Shown here: positions 27,838-38,100 of the stretch, in pieces
Layout of the letters: the number at the start of each line of letters is the position of its first letter
How positions within the stretch are numbered: position 1 is the first letter of the stretch
Source: Bacteroidia bacterium
Lineage (GTDB): Bacteria; Bacteroidota; Bacteroidia; M30B66
Reading direction: 5' to 3'
DNA length: 64,000 nucleotides
NCBI GenBank assembly: GCA_965279035.1
Contig: OZ257142.1
Span: 512,001 to 576,000 of the forward strand
Made by a program: the position numbers and the translations under genes
The notes under the pieces: model-generated
The model's input: the letters and a program-made list of their open reading frames with translations, nothing else
Databases searched by the model: none
What the model was told of the DNA's origin: nothing

Positions 27838-28812
27838 TTAAAGAGCCATGATATCGGCGATTTCAAGGATGGTTTCATTTACGTCGATGTTATGTTTTAC
27901 GGCTTGTTCAAGAGGAATAAAATTCACTTTGCCAGCTACCTGACCAACCATCACTTTATTTCTACCTTCTAATAAACCACAAACAGATTCAAATCCTAAA
28001 CGTGTTGCTAAAACACGATCCATACAGGTTGGATTTCCACCGCGTTGAATATGTCCTAAAATACAGACCTTGGTTTCGAGCTTATCGAATTTTTGTTTTA
28101 CGATATCGGCAATTTTAAAGGCTCCACCAGCATCATCGCCTTCGGCTACAATTATAACGTGCCCTGATTTTTGACGCTTCCAACCGCGTTCTAATTGAGC
28201 AATTAATTTATCGATATGTGTCTTCGTTTCGGGAATCAAAATCGCTTCTGCTCCGCATGCAATACCACTTCGAAGTGCTATTAATCCAGCATCACGTCCC
28301 ATCACTTCAACAAAGAACAATCGGTTGTGAGAGCTGGCAGTATCACGAATATTATCAACCGCCTCAACAACTGTATTAATTGCTGTATCGTATCCAATGG
28401 TGAAATCAGTTCCAAACAAATCATTATCGATGGTTCCGGGAATTCCAACAACTCGAATCTCAGGATATTCTGTTGCTAAGATATCGGCACCTTGAAAAGA
28501 ACCATCTCCCCCAATCACTACTAATCCTTCGATGCCTCTTTCACGAATGTTTTTCATTGCTTCGGCACGTCCTTCTGGTGTTCTGAATCGGGCGCTTCGA
28601 GCAGTCTTTAAAATGGTTCCTCCCTTTTGGATGATATTTCCAACGGAAGTCGAATCCATAGTTCTGAAATCACCTTGAATAAGTCCTTCATAACCAGCAA
28701 TTACGCCCGTAACTTTCAAACCTTTAAACATCGCGGTACGCACAACAGCACGTATACACGCATTCATTCCGGGAGCATCACCACCGGAAGTTAAAACAGC
28801 AATGTGTTTCAT
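27838..28812 (-). CDS. pfkA: ATP-dependent 6-phosphofructokinase
   Basis: TSGGDAPGMNA, GGDGS, PGTIDND, EVMGR, LGHIQRGG. Confidence 0.97.
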   Translation of the reverse strand: MKHIAVLTSGGDAPGMNACIRAVVRTAMFKGLKVTGVIAGYEGLIQGDFRTMDSTSVGNIIQKGGTILKTARSARFRTPEGRAEAMKNIRERGIEGLVVIGGDGSFQGADILATEYPEIRVVGIPGTIDNDLFGTDFTIGYDTAINTVVEAVDNIRDTASSHNRLFFVEVMGRDAGLIALRSGIACGAEAILIPETKTHIDKLIAQLERGWKRQKSGHVIIVAEGDDAGGAFKIADIVKQKFDKLETKVCILGHIQRGGNPTCMDRVLATRLGFESVCGLLEGRNKVMVGQVAGKVNFIPLEQAVKHNIDVNETILEIADIMAL

Positions 28813-28874
28813 TGTTAAGTGTTAATATGACACAAAGATATTGAATTCTAGTTTACCTTTCTGTTCGATTGGAA

Positions 28875-30353
28875 TCAAGGAATGTATTCCATCGCACCAC
28901 AATCGGGAGCAACATCTCCTAGACGGTTGTTTCCTAGTAAATCGCTTGGAATAGCAGGAGTTTCATTGACTATTGCAACACTTCCTTTATCACGAGCAGA
29001 CGAACTTTCATTCAATCGATAGTCTTGTCCCTGATTATCTTTAAAGGAAGGATCTTGATTCAACACCATATTGCTAAAATGATTCGAGTCGCCGGGATCG
29101 ATGTCTTCATTCGCAATCTTCAAAACGGTGTTTTCAAATTTCCAGTTAAATGCTGCTCCGGCATCACTGTCAATATCTAATTCATTGTCGTTTTGCAAAT
29201 TCCCATATACAATACCGTTGCTGAATTTAAAATCCATATCTGCAACGAAAGTTGTGTTTTGAACTACTTGATAATTACTTAGAAAAACGGCCGTTTCGGT
29301 TCGAACTGATTCTCCCCAATAATTTGCAACAGTAGTGTGTCTAAATCGATACACTCCTCCATTAATCAAGGCTAATGCATACGAGCCGCAATTGGAAATG
29401 ACATTGTTGTAAGCATTGATGTTGTAATGAACGCCATAAACACCATAGGCTTTCATGTTTTTTATTCGGCAATTTGTGAGCGTTAATTGACTGTTCAATC
29501 CAGTTCCAAATTGAAAAACATCTTCCGCTTGAATACCAATATTGCCATTTTTGATCACCGCATAATTGATCAAATTTCCCGTACTACCCTGATTAATCCA
29601 AATACGATCCCATTGCCCAGGAGTGTTTTTATATGCATCTTCATTTCGAACACCTTGAAAAACCACGGAATCTTGAAGAGTTCCATTGACAATCAATCGC
29701 CCTTGTTTATAAACCCAAATGCCCGAATTGTTGTACAAATAAACTTGCGTACCAGCTTCAATAGTTAAGGTACATGCCGAATCAACAGCAAGATAACCAA
29801 TGATCACTTTTGGACGATTATTGGTCCAAGTCGTATCGCAACCTACAACCGAGTATGCAGGAAATCCATTGGTTGGATGAACCTTCGGTCGGAAGAAATC
29901 AGCATTGCGACCATAGGCCATCAATTTTACATTTTGAAGATTGCCATTCGTTTCAAACAGCACACTATCCATTACCACAAAGGGATTTAGATCGTTGTTG
30001 GGATCAATGGTCACTTCTGCAAAAACGAAAATACTGTCCTTGCCATCAATTTCGATATCACTTGCATTCAAAGTAGCTTGTCCATCGATATTTAATCGAA
30101 ATGGAGAATTACTTCCTCCAGCCAAACGAATGTTGGAGATTTTGATTTTAGAATCGCTTGGGTTATATACTCGGAATCGTTTCGTAACCGAGCCCATTGT
30201 TACAAAAACGGTATCAAAATAAACGGTATCGGTTGAGAATGCTAGCTTAGAGGAAGTATTGGTGTCGAGAACATCTTTTTTGCAACTGTTAAAGAATAAC
30301 AATCCAGAAAGGATGCATAAAATGACAAATGGAAGGAGGTTTTTTAATTTCAT
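28875..30353 (-). CDS. Lipoprotein with Ig-like and parallel beta-helix regions, function unknown
   Basis: Lipobox FNSC-KKD; FSTDTVYFDTVF, PGQWDRIW, beta-helix-like repeats, C-terminal PDCGAMEY. Confidence 0.7.
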   Translation of the reverse strand: MKLKNLLPFVILCILSGLLFFNSCKKDVLDTNTSSKLAFSTDTVYFDTVFVTMGSVTKRFRVYNPSDSKIKISNIRLAGGSNSPFRLNIDGQATLNASDIEIDGKDSIFVFAEVTIDPNNDLNPFVVMDSVLFETNGNLQNVKLMAYGRNADFFRPKVHPTNGFPAYSVVGCDTTWTNNRPKVIIGYLAVDSACTLTIEAGTQVYLYNNSGIWVYKQGRLIVNGTLQDSVVFQGVRNEDAYKNTPGQWDRIWINQGSTGNLINYAVIKNGNIGIQAEDVFQFGTGLNSQLTLTNCRIKNMKAYGVYGVHYNINAYNNVISNCGSYALALINGGVYRFRHTTVANYWGESVRTETAVFLSNYQVVQNTTFVADMDFKFSNGIVYGNLQNDNELDIDSDAGAAFNWKFENTVLKIANEDIDPGDSNHFSNMVLNQDPSFKDNQGQDYRLNESSSARDKGSVAIVNETPAIPSDLLGNNRLGDVAPDCGAMEYIP

Positions 30354-30403
30354 GGGCTTCGCCAGAACGCCAAAGGTAAACGATTATTTTTCGGAGCTCT
30401 CAA

Positions 30404-30748
30404 TCAGCTTGGCTTCTTATCAAATGGAAATTTGAGTCTTAATCGTTCAACGGGTTTTCCGCCTTCGATATGTTCATCAACAATTTCCTGAACATCACTC
30501 AATTGAACGTTTCCATAAAAAACACCTTCGGGATAAACCACCACTGTTGGTCCCAATTCGCATAAATCGAGGCAACCTGCTTTTTGAGCACGAATCGGAA
30601 TGCTTAATTTTTTATCGTTGATTGCTTTTTTAAATGCTGCAACCAAAGCAATTCCATGTTGTTCGCCACAACTTGGTCTTGGCGCTCCTTCGGGTCGTTG
30701 GTTGGTGCAGATGAAAAGATGCTTTTGGTATTTGAGTATTTCGGACAT
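30404..30748 (-). CDS. Thioredoxin-like [2Fe-2S] ferredoxin
   Basis: HLFICTNQR...SCG, AGCLDLCELGP.VVVYPEGVFYG. Confidence 0.92.
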   Translation of the reverse strand: MSEILKYQKHLFICTNQRPEGAPRPSCGEQHGIALVAAFKKAINDKKLSIPIRAQKAGCLDLCELGPTVVVYPEGVFYGNVQLSDVQEIVDEHIEGGKPVERLRLKFPFDKKPS

Positions 30749-30794
30749 GCCGCAAATGTCGGAACAATTTTAAGAAATTGATTTAGGTTAGATG

Positions 30795-30870
30795 ATGAAA
30801 ACAGTTCTCCTCACAGGTGTGTCACCAGATGAATTGATTCACACATACTTTCGAATTTGAATGAAAAATG
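30795..30870 (+). pseudogene. Degenerate duplicate of the 5' end of the TIGR01777 gene
   Basis: ATGAAAACAGTTCTCCTCACAGGTG at 30795-30819 is identical to 32220-32244. After a ~2-nt insertion a further 23/27 nt match, then similarity decays. Confidence 0.85.
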
Positions 30871-32219
30871 GCTAGTTAAGAACAACAATTTTAACTGTTA
30901 ATGAAATTTCATTCTCTTGATGAATTCGAATAAAGTAGATACCTTCTATAAGATTTTCACGATCTATTGAAAGTGATTTCCCATTCACATGATTGATTTC
31001 TCTCATTATTTTACCATGTATATCATACAGTTTAATACAAGCATCTTTTAGTTGATTCTCGAATTGTAGATTCGTTTGAATAGAAAAGGGATTAGGCGAA
31101 ATAGAAATAGAATTTGCATCTACAATTTCATTTATTCCAACTCCTGAACAACTAAACTCCCACCAATCACTGTAGTAATTTGAGAAATCGTCTCCGGTTC
31201 CCACATAAACATGTCCATTCGATTCGCATGCTATCATTAACCATCTCGTATTACCATCGAAATCTCCAATTTGAGACCAGGTGTCTATTGTACTATCATA
31301 TTTCCAAAAGTCAGAAAATGCAATGCTATTTATTTGACCCGTACCGAGATAACCAGAATCGCATAAAGTAAAACCAGAAAGATACGCTCTACCCAAACCG
31401 GGATAATTGGCTATAGCCGTCCACGAATTTGTTGGTTGATTGTAAGCATACATGTCGTTAAAACTGGTAGATCCAGACACTCCCATACCCGTAAATGCTT
31501 TATTACCAATAACGAATGCTGTATTTGTAATTCCAAATCGAGCATTTCCAATAAAATCAGCCTTGGCATTCCAGAAATCAACTTGAGGATCATATTCCCA
31601 CAATTCATTTGTATATGGTCCTGATGCAGTACCTAAATTACCGCAGCAGATATATCCCTTTTCATTCATACTAAACCCTGAAGCTCCATATCGCCCGTTA
31701 CTAGGTAAGCTTGCTTTTGCTGTCCATGTATTTGTTGATGGATTGTATTCAATGACATCATTTAATAAACCTATAGAGTTGATTCCACAGCATACATATC
31801 CTTTCCCATTTATTGAAAAAGAAGTAGCTAATCTCCTATTAATTGGATAATCAGCTTTTTGATTCCATGAATTTGTTGCTGGGTCGTATTCCCATAAATC
31901 ACCATAATCCATCGTTCCATCATTACCCATCCCCACATATATTTTTCCATTTATTGAAAATGAAATCGCTCCCCATCTTTCCCCTCCTGGGAATTCGGCT
32001 TTTTGTGTCCATGATTCTTGTGCAACGGAATTTTGGTATGAAAAAACAACTAAAATGAGAACTAAACTTTTTAAGAGGAAGCTCATAAATTGGTATTTTA
32101 AATGGTTTAGTGGTTAAATATCAATATTAAATTAATTCTGTACGAGATTATTTCTTTCAATGGAATTACTACTTGTGCATTTATTCGAACATTTCAACTA
32201 GTATAGAGTTTCTTGTTGT
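30820..32219. mobile_element. Integrase-free insert carrying the Kelch/T9SS gene, between two copies of the TIGR01777 5' end
   Basis: Direct repeats 1425 bp apart; AT-rich content; one cargo gene. Insertion is inferred. Confidence 0.6.
30872..32086 (-). CDS. Kelch-repeat beta-propeller protein with T9SS type A CTD
   Basis: Six repeats of R..A..FSINGKxYVG.G...DLWEYDP.TNSW.QKADFP; CTD ISPNPF...GIYFIRI. Confidence 0.9.
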   Translation of the reverse strand: MSFLLKSLVLILVVFSYQNSVAQESWTQKAEFPGGERWGAISFSINGKIYVGMGNDGTMDYGDLWEYDPATNSWNQKADYPINRRLATSFSINGKGYVCCGINSIGLLNDVIEYNPSTNTWTAKASLPSNGRYGASGFSMNEKGYICCGNLGTASGPYTNELWEYDPQVDFWNAKADFIGNARFGITNTAFVIGNKAFTGMGVSGSTSFNDMYAYNQPTNSWTAIANYPGLGRAYLSGFTLCDSGYLGTGQINSIAFSDFWKYDSTIDTWSQIGDFDGNTRWLMIACESNGHVYVGTGDDFSNYYSDWWEFSCSGVGINEIVDANSISISPNPFSIQTNLQFENQLKDACIKLYDIHGKIMREINHVNGKSLSIDRENLIEGIYFIRIHQENEISLTVKIVVLN

Positions 32220-33128
32220 ATGAAAACAGTTCTCCTCACAGGTGCTACCGGATTAATTGGTTCTCACATACTTCCAATCCTTAAGGAAAACGAATTTCGG
32301 ATTCATCTTTTAAGTCGATCTTCGAAACTAGTTCCGTATGCAGATGCTGTTTTCAAATGGAATCCTGAGGAAGGAGAGATGGATGAACAAGCCCTTGATG
32401 GTGTTACGCATCTCATCCATTTAGCAGGAGCAGGCATTGCCGATAAACATTGGACGCATGCACGAAAAAAAGAAATCATTCAAAGTAGAGTTCAAAGTGC
32501 AGCACTCATTCACCAATTATTGCAAAAGAGAAAACAGCAACTCGAGGTTTTGGTATCAGCATCGGCAATTGGATGGTACGGGGCGATAAGCGATGATAGA
32601 CTTCATGTGGAATCAGAGCCGGCTGCCCAAGATTTTTTAGGAGAAACGTGTCGACTTTGGGAACATGCTGCTGATGAATTTAAGGATGTCGCCAAACGAA
32701 TAGTTAAATTAAGAACAGGTGTTGTTTTAGCGAAAGAATCGGGAGCACTTCCTCAACTATTAAAACCATTTCAATTTTATGCTGGATCGCCGCTTGGGAC
32801 GGGAAAGCAACAAATACAATGGATTCATATTACCGACATTGCACGCATTTATTCGGAAGCTTGCTGCAATGAAACTTGGGAAGGTACTTACAATGCAAGC
32901 GCTACCGAAGAATGCAGCAATCGTTTGTTTGCTAAAGAATTAGCTAAAGCCAGCAACAAACCCCTTCTTCCGATATCTGTTCCTTCGTTTGTTTTGAAAT
33001 TGCTACTTGGAGAAATGAGCGCAATGGTATTAGAAGGCAGTCGAGTTTCGAATAAGAAATTAATAGATACTGGTTTCCAATTTCAATTCACTGAATTATC
33101 CAAAGCGTTGAAAAATTTGATTAATTAA
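32220..33128 (+). CDS. TIGR01777 family NAD-dependent epimerase/oxidoreductase (YfcH-like)
   Basis: LLTGATGLIG, HLAGAGIAD..WT..RK..I..SR, SASAIGWYG, LRTGVVL, WIHI.D. Confidence 0.93.
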   Translation: MKTVLLTGATGLIGSHILPILKENEFRIHLLSRSSKLVPYADAVFKWNPEEGEMDEQALDGVTHLIHLAGAGIADKHWTHARKKEIIQSRVQSAALIHQLLQKRKQQLEVLVSASAIGWYGAISDDRLHVESEPAAQDFLGETCRLWEHAADEFKDVAKRIVKLRTGVVLAKESGALPQLLKPFQFYAGSPLGTGKQQIQWIHITDIARIYSEACCNETWEGTYNASATEECSNRLFAKELAKASNKPLLPISVPSFVLKLLLGEMSAMVLEGSRVSNKKLIDTGFQFQFTELSKALKNLIN

Positions 33129-33525
33129 CAGTCAATGTCAAACTAACCGAATTGGTTATTCCATCTCTGTTAACAACCGTAAACGTATATTTTTCTGTGC
33201 CTGCCTGACTTCTAGTAATAACTTGAATGTCTTTCGAGTAATTATCACCGTTGGAACCGCTTAACGACTCATTCACAATTGTTGTTGCGGCTGCTCCATC
33301 GTACGAAACAGTGCCATTGAAGGTTTTGAGTACGTCTTTATCTTCGGATTTGGAAGCTGTTATTCCGATAAGTAGCGTATCGTTTTGTGTCGCTGTTTGA
33401 TCTTTGAAAACATGTGTCAAATCCACTTTGAATGCAATGTTGGGAAGTTTTCCTTCATCTTTTTCGCAGGATTGAATTAATGCAATGATTCCAATGAACA
33501 AGAATAGGGATGCTAATTTTTTCAT
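33121..33525 (-). CDS. Small lipoprotein (Ig-like), co-transcribed with the TonB-dependent receptor
   Basis: Lipobox IQSC-EKDE; beta-rich; 14 nt downstream of the receptor stop. Confidence 0.75.
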   Translation of the reverse strand: MKKLASLFLFIGIIALIQSCEKDEGKLPNIAFKVDLTHVFKDQTATQNDTLLIGITASKSEDKDVLKTFNGTVSYDGAAATTIVNESLSGSNGDNYSKDIQVITRSQAGTEKYTFTVVNRDGITNSVSLTLTVN

Positions 33526-33539
33526 TACTGTGGGTGATT

Positions 33540-35558
33540 TTAGTGGATGGGTATAGAAGTGCCGAAGATAATATTTCGTCCTTGATTATATATCCCGTAG
33601 GCTTTAAATCGAGAAAGGTGATCCACGTAATAGGTATTCAAAAGGTTATTGCAACGAAGGTAAAAACTCAATGTTGAATTGTTTTTTAGTTTTCTATCCA
33701 AATTGAACGAGCAATTCCAAAGAGAATACGCCGGAGTTGAAGTTTCATTTTCTGATGGTGTCTTTTGAGCAAACACATAGTCTATCCCCAAACTGCCATG
33801 AAACTGCATACGTTTTCCGGTTCTACTCAAGCTCCAAAGTAGCGTATTGCTCCATTTATTTGCTGGGATATACGGTAAATATGAACTCGAATGGAGTCTG
33901 CCTGTTACAGTTGAAAATGCACTTTGTACTTCAATCACCTTCGTGGTAAAAGGAATGACAGAACATTGAATTTCTCCTCCGGTTAAAATGGCATTTCCTT
34001 GTTTGTATCGAAACACTTGAAACCCAAAAATATTTTCGCTTGTAGGTGCTAGATAAATGTAATTCTGAAACGCATTTCTAAAAATGGAAGCACTAAATCG
34101 GAGATGTTTGGTTTCAATTTGAGTTCCAGATTCAAGGTTGATGTTGTATTCGTTTTTAAGCGATGGATTTCCAATTTCGTATCGAAATATTCCTTCATGT
34201 AAACCATTCGAAGAAAGTTCCGCCAGGTTAGGCGACCGAAATCCATTCGATGCATTGAGACGAAATGTCCAAGAATCGCTGAATGTAAAGATCAATCCGG
34301 CTAATCCATTTGCTGATTTACGCGTGCTATTAAAAGGACGAACTTCTTTATCGGCAGTATTGAGCATGCCCGTTTCAAATGTTTTTATATTTCGGATATT
34401 GGCTCCAATTCCCAATTCTGCACTTAACCATTTTTTAGCTTGATGTCGGATAAATGCACTCAATCCATTCTCATTCATGGAAGCATCAGGTATGATGATT
34501 CTTCCTCCATAATTTGTGTTTGAAATGGTATTACCAACATCACTCAAAATAAATCGTGTACGGCTAGAGATTTCTTTATGCCATTGAATGGAATAGGGAA
34601 GAGAAACCAAATGCATATTCAAGCTAATGGATCCGCCACCTTCATCTTCCATCCTTAAATTCGATTGCAATCCAAGATTTAATTTGAGAAATGAATGTTT
34701 GAGTTGAATGGTATTTTGCGAAGCCAAACAATTCAACAAAACGCTATGGTGCGGTCCTGCCATGCTTCTGCTCCATCGGGCATCGGGGGCAAAAAAATCT
34801 TTCAAATCATTCAAAATAAATCCGAAATGATTTAGTGATGCATTGTAAGAGTTTTCGCTTGTCCAATTTTTACGTACGAATCGAATATTTCCTTTCAAGT
34901 AATACCCATCAAATCGAGAATTCAACACGCGTTGATAATGACCATCACTATAATCAGCACTGTTTTCGGCACCAGCTAGTATACGCCAGTTCTTATTGCC
35001 TTTTTTTCCTTTAAACGCAAGACTGTTAATCGTTCCCAAGGTATTGCTATACGTTCGATTTCGGAATTCTCCTTTCCATCCTTCTTGCTCTAGTTGATTG
35101 TCTTCCACCACATTGATAACTCCTCCTACGGCATCTGTTCCATATATGACAGATGCTGGGCCTTTAATTAATTCAACCCGAAGAATTCCTAAATCGCTTA
35201 ATCCAAGTCCATGTTCATCTTGCCATTGTTGATTATCGAATTTCAACGAAGACAATAATACCAACACACGATTTCCATATAAACCTCGAATAACGGGTTT
35301 CGAAATTCCAATCCCAGTGCTTAATTGATTCACTCCAGGTAATGCAGTAAGCGCCTGACTTAAATTATAATTTCCAGATTCTTGAATGGATTTGCTCGAA
35401 AGACTAGATATATTAAGACTCGATTCTTTCGGAGTTTGTTCTTGAAATCCGATAACTACATGTGGACGAAGTGTTAATGCGGAATCTCCAACAGTCTTTT
35501 GTGCATCGATTTGAGTTGAAATACAAAGGATTAAACACAGTATGATTCGTTGGAACAT
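33540..35558 (-). CDS. TonB-dependent outer membrane receptor (probable metal type)
   Basis: Plug motifs KPVIRGLYGNRV, QQWQDEHG, RVELIKGPASVIYGTDAVGGVIN; barrel motifs FRSPNLAELSSNGLHEG, NNLLNTYYVDHLSR, GRN. Confidence 0.9.
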   Translation of the reverse strand: MFQRIILCLILCISTQIDAQKTVGDSALTLRPHVVIGFQEQTPKESSLNISSLSSKSIQESGNYNLSQALTALPGVNQLSTGIGISKPVIRGLYGNRVLVLLSSLKFDNQQWQDEHGLGLSDLGILRVELIKGPASVIYGTDAVGGVINVVEDNQLEQEGWKGEFRNRTYSNTLGTINSLAFKGKKGNKNWRILAGAENSADYSDGHYQRVLNSRFDGYYLKGNIRFVRKNWTSENSYNASLNHFGFILNDLKDFFAPDARWSRSMAGPHHSVLLNCLASQNTIQLKHSFLKLNLGLQSNLRMEDEGGGSISLNMHLVSLPYSIQWHKEISSRTRFILSDVGNTISNTNYGGRIIIPDASMNENGLSAFIRHQAKKWLSAELGIGANIRNIKTFETGMLNTADKEVRPFNSTRKSANGLAGLIFTFSDSWTFRLNASNGFRSPNLAELSSNGLHEGIFRYEIGNPSLKNEYNINLESGTQIETKHLRFSASIFRNAFQNYIYLAPTSENIFGFQVFRYKQGNAILTGGEIQCSVIPFTTKVIEVQSAFSTVTGRLHSSSYLPYIPANKWSNTLLWSLSRTGKRMQFHGSLGIDYVFAQKTPSENETSTPAYSLWNCSFNLDRKLKNNSTLSFYLRCNNLLNTYYVDHLSRFKAYGIYNQGRNIIFGTSIPIH

Positions 35559-35669
35559 GCTGCTAAAATATTGAGGATTTTACAAAGGAGATCATCCTAT
35601 ATCTAAAAATCAATTCAATAGTGCATTTAAGCATATCGTTCCGTATAATTGACGTTTACAATTTTCTAC

Positions 35670-36401
35670 ATGAAACACGAAATATTCTCTTGGTACAGTC
35701 CGGCACTTCAAGCCGAAATGCCACTCGCTATTTATGGTCATTATGGGTTTTCAATATTATTGATTCCTACAGCAGGAGCAGATTTTTTAGAATATGAGCG
35801 CTTCCAAATGATGGAATCATTAGCTCCATTTCTTGACAGCGGAAAATGTAAAATCTATTCTATCAACAGCATTAACAAAGAAAGTTGGTTGAATAATGAA
35901 ATGGAACCTTCACACAAAGCGATTCGACACAATCAATTTAATGATTATGTGATGAATGAAGTCATTCCGTTTATTAAGCAAACAAGTAGCGAGGATACTC
36001 CCATAATTACTTGTGGTGCAAGTTTCGGGGCATTACATGCAATGAATCTTTTCATGAAATATCCCGATAAAATTAACGGGGCAATAAGCATGAGCGGCGT
36101 TTATAATCTTGCCGAATACACCAAAGGTTTTTGGGATGACCAGGTGTATTTTAACAGCCCAGAACACTATGTTCAAAATATCAATGATCCTGTTTATCTC
36201 GATCTTATCCGCGCCAGCAATCACATTCACATTTATTCAGGCAGTGGCGATTATGAAGATCCGAATGCAAGTATTCGCTTCTCAAACATCTTAAATGAAA
36301 AAGGAATTCCTCATGATTTAGATATTTGGGGACCTGATGTAACGCACGATTGGCCTACTTGGCGAAAAATGTTACCTTACATTTTGGATACTCGATTCTA
36401 A
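35670..36401 (+). CDS. Esterase-family alpha/beta hydrolase
   Basis: WYSPAL..EM..AIYGHYG, GASFG (GxSxG), SMSGVY, HDWPTW. Start ATG 35670. Confidence 0.88.
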   Translation: MKHEIFSWYSPALQAEMPLAIYGHYGFSILLIPTAGADFLEYERFQMMESLAPFLDSGKCKIYSINSINKESWLNNEMEPSHKAIRHNQFNDYVMNEVIPFIKQTSSEDTPIITCGASFGALHAMNLFMKYPDKINGAISMSGVYNLAEYTKGFWDDQVYFNSPEHYVQNINDPVYLDLIRASNHIHIYSGSGDYEDPNASIRFSNILNEKGIPHDLDIWGPDVTHDWPTWRKMLPYILDTRF

Positions 36402-36434
36402 TCTCCAAACATATAATTCTTTGGTAAATCCATT

Positions 36435-37028
36435 ATGAAGCTGCTGCGATTTTATGATATTCAATTTGAGCGAGTAACATCGATGCTGCGCGATGATATT
36501 GACATTCGTTATCGATACCATGGGTTGAGTCATACTCTTGATGTGATTGAGCAATCTCAATTTATTGGGAAACAAGAAAAACTATCAGAGTTGGAGCTTT
36601 TAATTTTACGCATTGCCGCTCTATTTCATGATACTGGCTTTTTAATAAAACGCGAATTCCACGAATTACAAAGCATCACGTTCTTTGAATCACTCGCAAG
36701 AGAATTTGAGATAGAAGAAAATTATATTGCTCTGGTTTCAGGTTGCATCCGCGCTTCACAAATTCCACAAAATCCATTGTCGCTCATTGAACAAGTGATG
36801 GGAGATGCCGATTTAGATTACTTAGGTCGGAATGATTTCAAACCCATTGGTGATTTGCTTTTTGAGGAATTAAAAAACTTTGGAGAAATTGATTCTGAAG
36901 AAGATTGGAATGCTTTGCAAATTCGGTTTTTATCGAAACATAAATTCCATACTCATTACTCCATTGTCAATCGACAGCCTTTTCTTGATCAACACCTGAG
37001 AGAACTTATTCAAAGTACTTCACTGTAA
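36435..37028 (+). CDS. HD-domain phosphohydrolase
   Basis: YHGLSHT..V, AALFHDTGF, HE..S, DADLDYLGR. Confidence 0.88.
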   Translation: MKLLRFYDIQFERVTSMLRDDIDIRYRYHGLSHTLDVIEQSQFIGKQEKLSELELLILRIAALFHDTGFLIKREFHELQSITFFESLAREFEIEENYIALVSGCIRASQIPQNPLSLIEQVMGDADLDYLGRNDFKPIGDLLFEELKNFGEIDSEEDWNALQIRFLSKHKFHTHYSIVNRQPFLDQHLRELIQSTSL

Positions 37029-37197
37029 ATCGGAATCGTTGAATGAATCAAATTTTAATTTTCTTCAAAATCGCTCGATATACTTTGCAAAAAGCATATT
37101 TACTAAGTAATTGCTAATTCTATTCAATATAAGCACGTCTTAATTCAAACTCAATCCTAATCTCTATTAAATTCGCAACTCAATTTCTTCTTCTCTT

Positions 37198-38088
37198 ATG
37201 TCATTAAACACGATTAAACCAATCGACTCTGATGTTATCTTGGTTCCATTTGATTTTACTGAAGCAGCACAGAATGCTATTGATCACGCCAATCTCTTAG
37301 CTAGACTTTTTAAAAAGAAAATAGTCTTATTACATGTTGTGGAAAAAGGCTTATTTAAATCAGGAACACCCAATACCCTAAGTGAAAAAGAAACTGTTGA
37401 ACGATTAGGGAATATAGCATCTACCAATACGGCTTCGAGTCAAATTGAAACCATTTCAGAAATTAGAAGTGGGAATTTATTTGATACGATTTCGGATACT
37501 GCCGATGAACTTAATGCTGCAATCGTTGTGATGGGAACACACGGTGTTAAAGGAATACAGCATGTTACTGGTAGCAAGGCTTTGAAAGTAATCACCAATT
37601 CGAATCGTCCGTTCGTGGTTGTTCAGAAAAAGGATGTGCGCCTTCACGGATATAAAAACATTGTTCTCCCTTTCGATTTCTCTAAAGAAACAAAGCAAAA
37701 GCTCGTTTGGGCAGTAGAACTTTCTAAAGTGTTCCATTCTACTTTCCACATTCTATCAGCATTCGAAAGCGACGAATACACCGCAAAAGCGGTATCTAAC
37801 AACATTGCTTATGCTAAGAATTACCTCAAAAGCCGTGATTGTGATTTCAAAGTTACAACAGCCGAAAAAGGTGATTTCACAAAAGAAACAATCCGTTTTG
37901 CTTCGGATGTAGAAGCCGATCTAATCATTATCATGACCAATCAAGGCAAATCATTAAGCGAATACATTATTGGTGCATACGAGCAAAATGTAATTGCCAA
38001 CGAAGCACAAATTCCAGTAATGACACTCAATCCGGTTGATAATATGAATGCCGTTAACGGTCACCTTTTCAACTTCGGGAATTTCTAA
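37198..38088 (+). CDS. Tandem universal stress protein
   Basis: ILVPFDFTEAA.NA, VMGTHG..G..GS, second USP domain NIVLPFDFS. Confidence 0.92.
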   Translation: MSLNTIKPIDSDVILVPFDFTEAAQNAIDHANLLARLFKKKIVLLHVVEKGLFKSGTPNTLSEKETVERLGNIASTNTASSQIETISEIRSGNLFDTISDTADELNAAIVVMGTHGVKGIQHVTGSKALKVITNSNRPFVVVQKKDVRLHGYKNIVLPFDFSKETKQKLVWAVELSKVFHSTFHILSAFESDEYTAKAVSNNIAYAKNYLKSRDCDFKVTTAEKGDFTKETIRFASDVEADLIIIMTNQGKSLSEYIIGAYEQNVIANEAQIPVMTLNPVDNMNAVNGHLFNFGNF

Positions 38089-38100
38089 TCCTACACTTTA

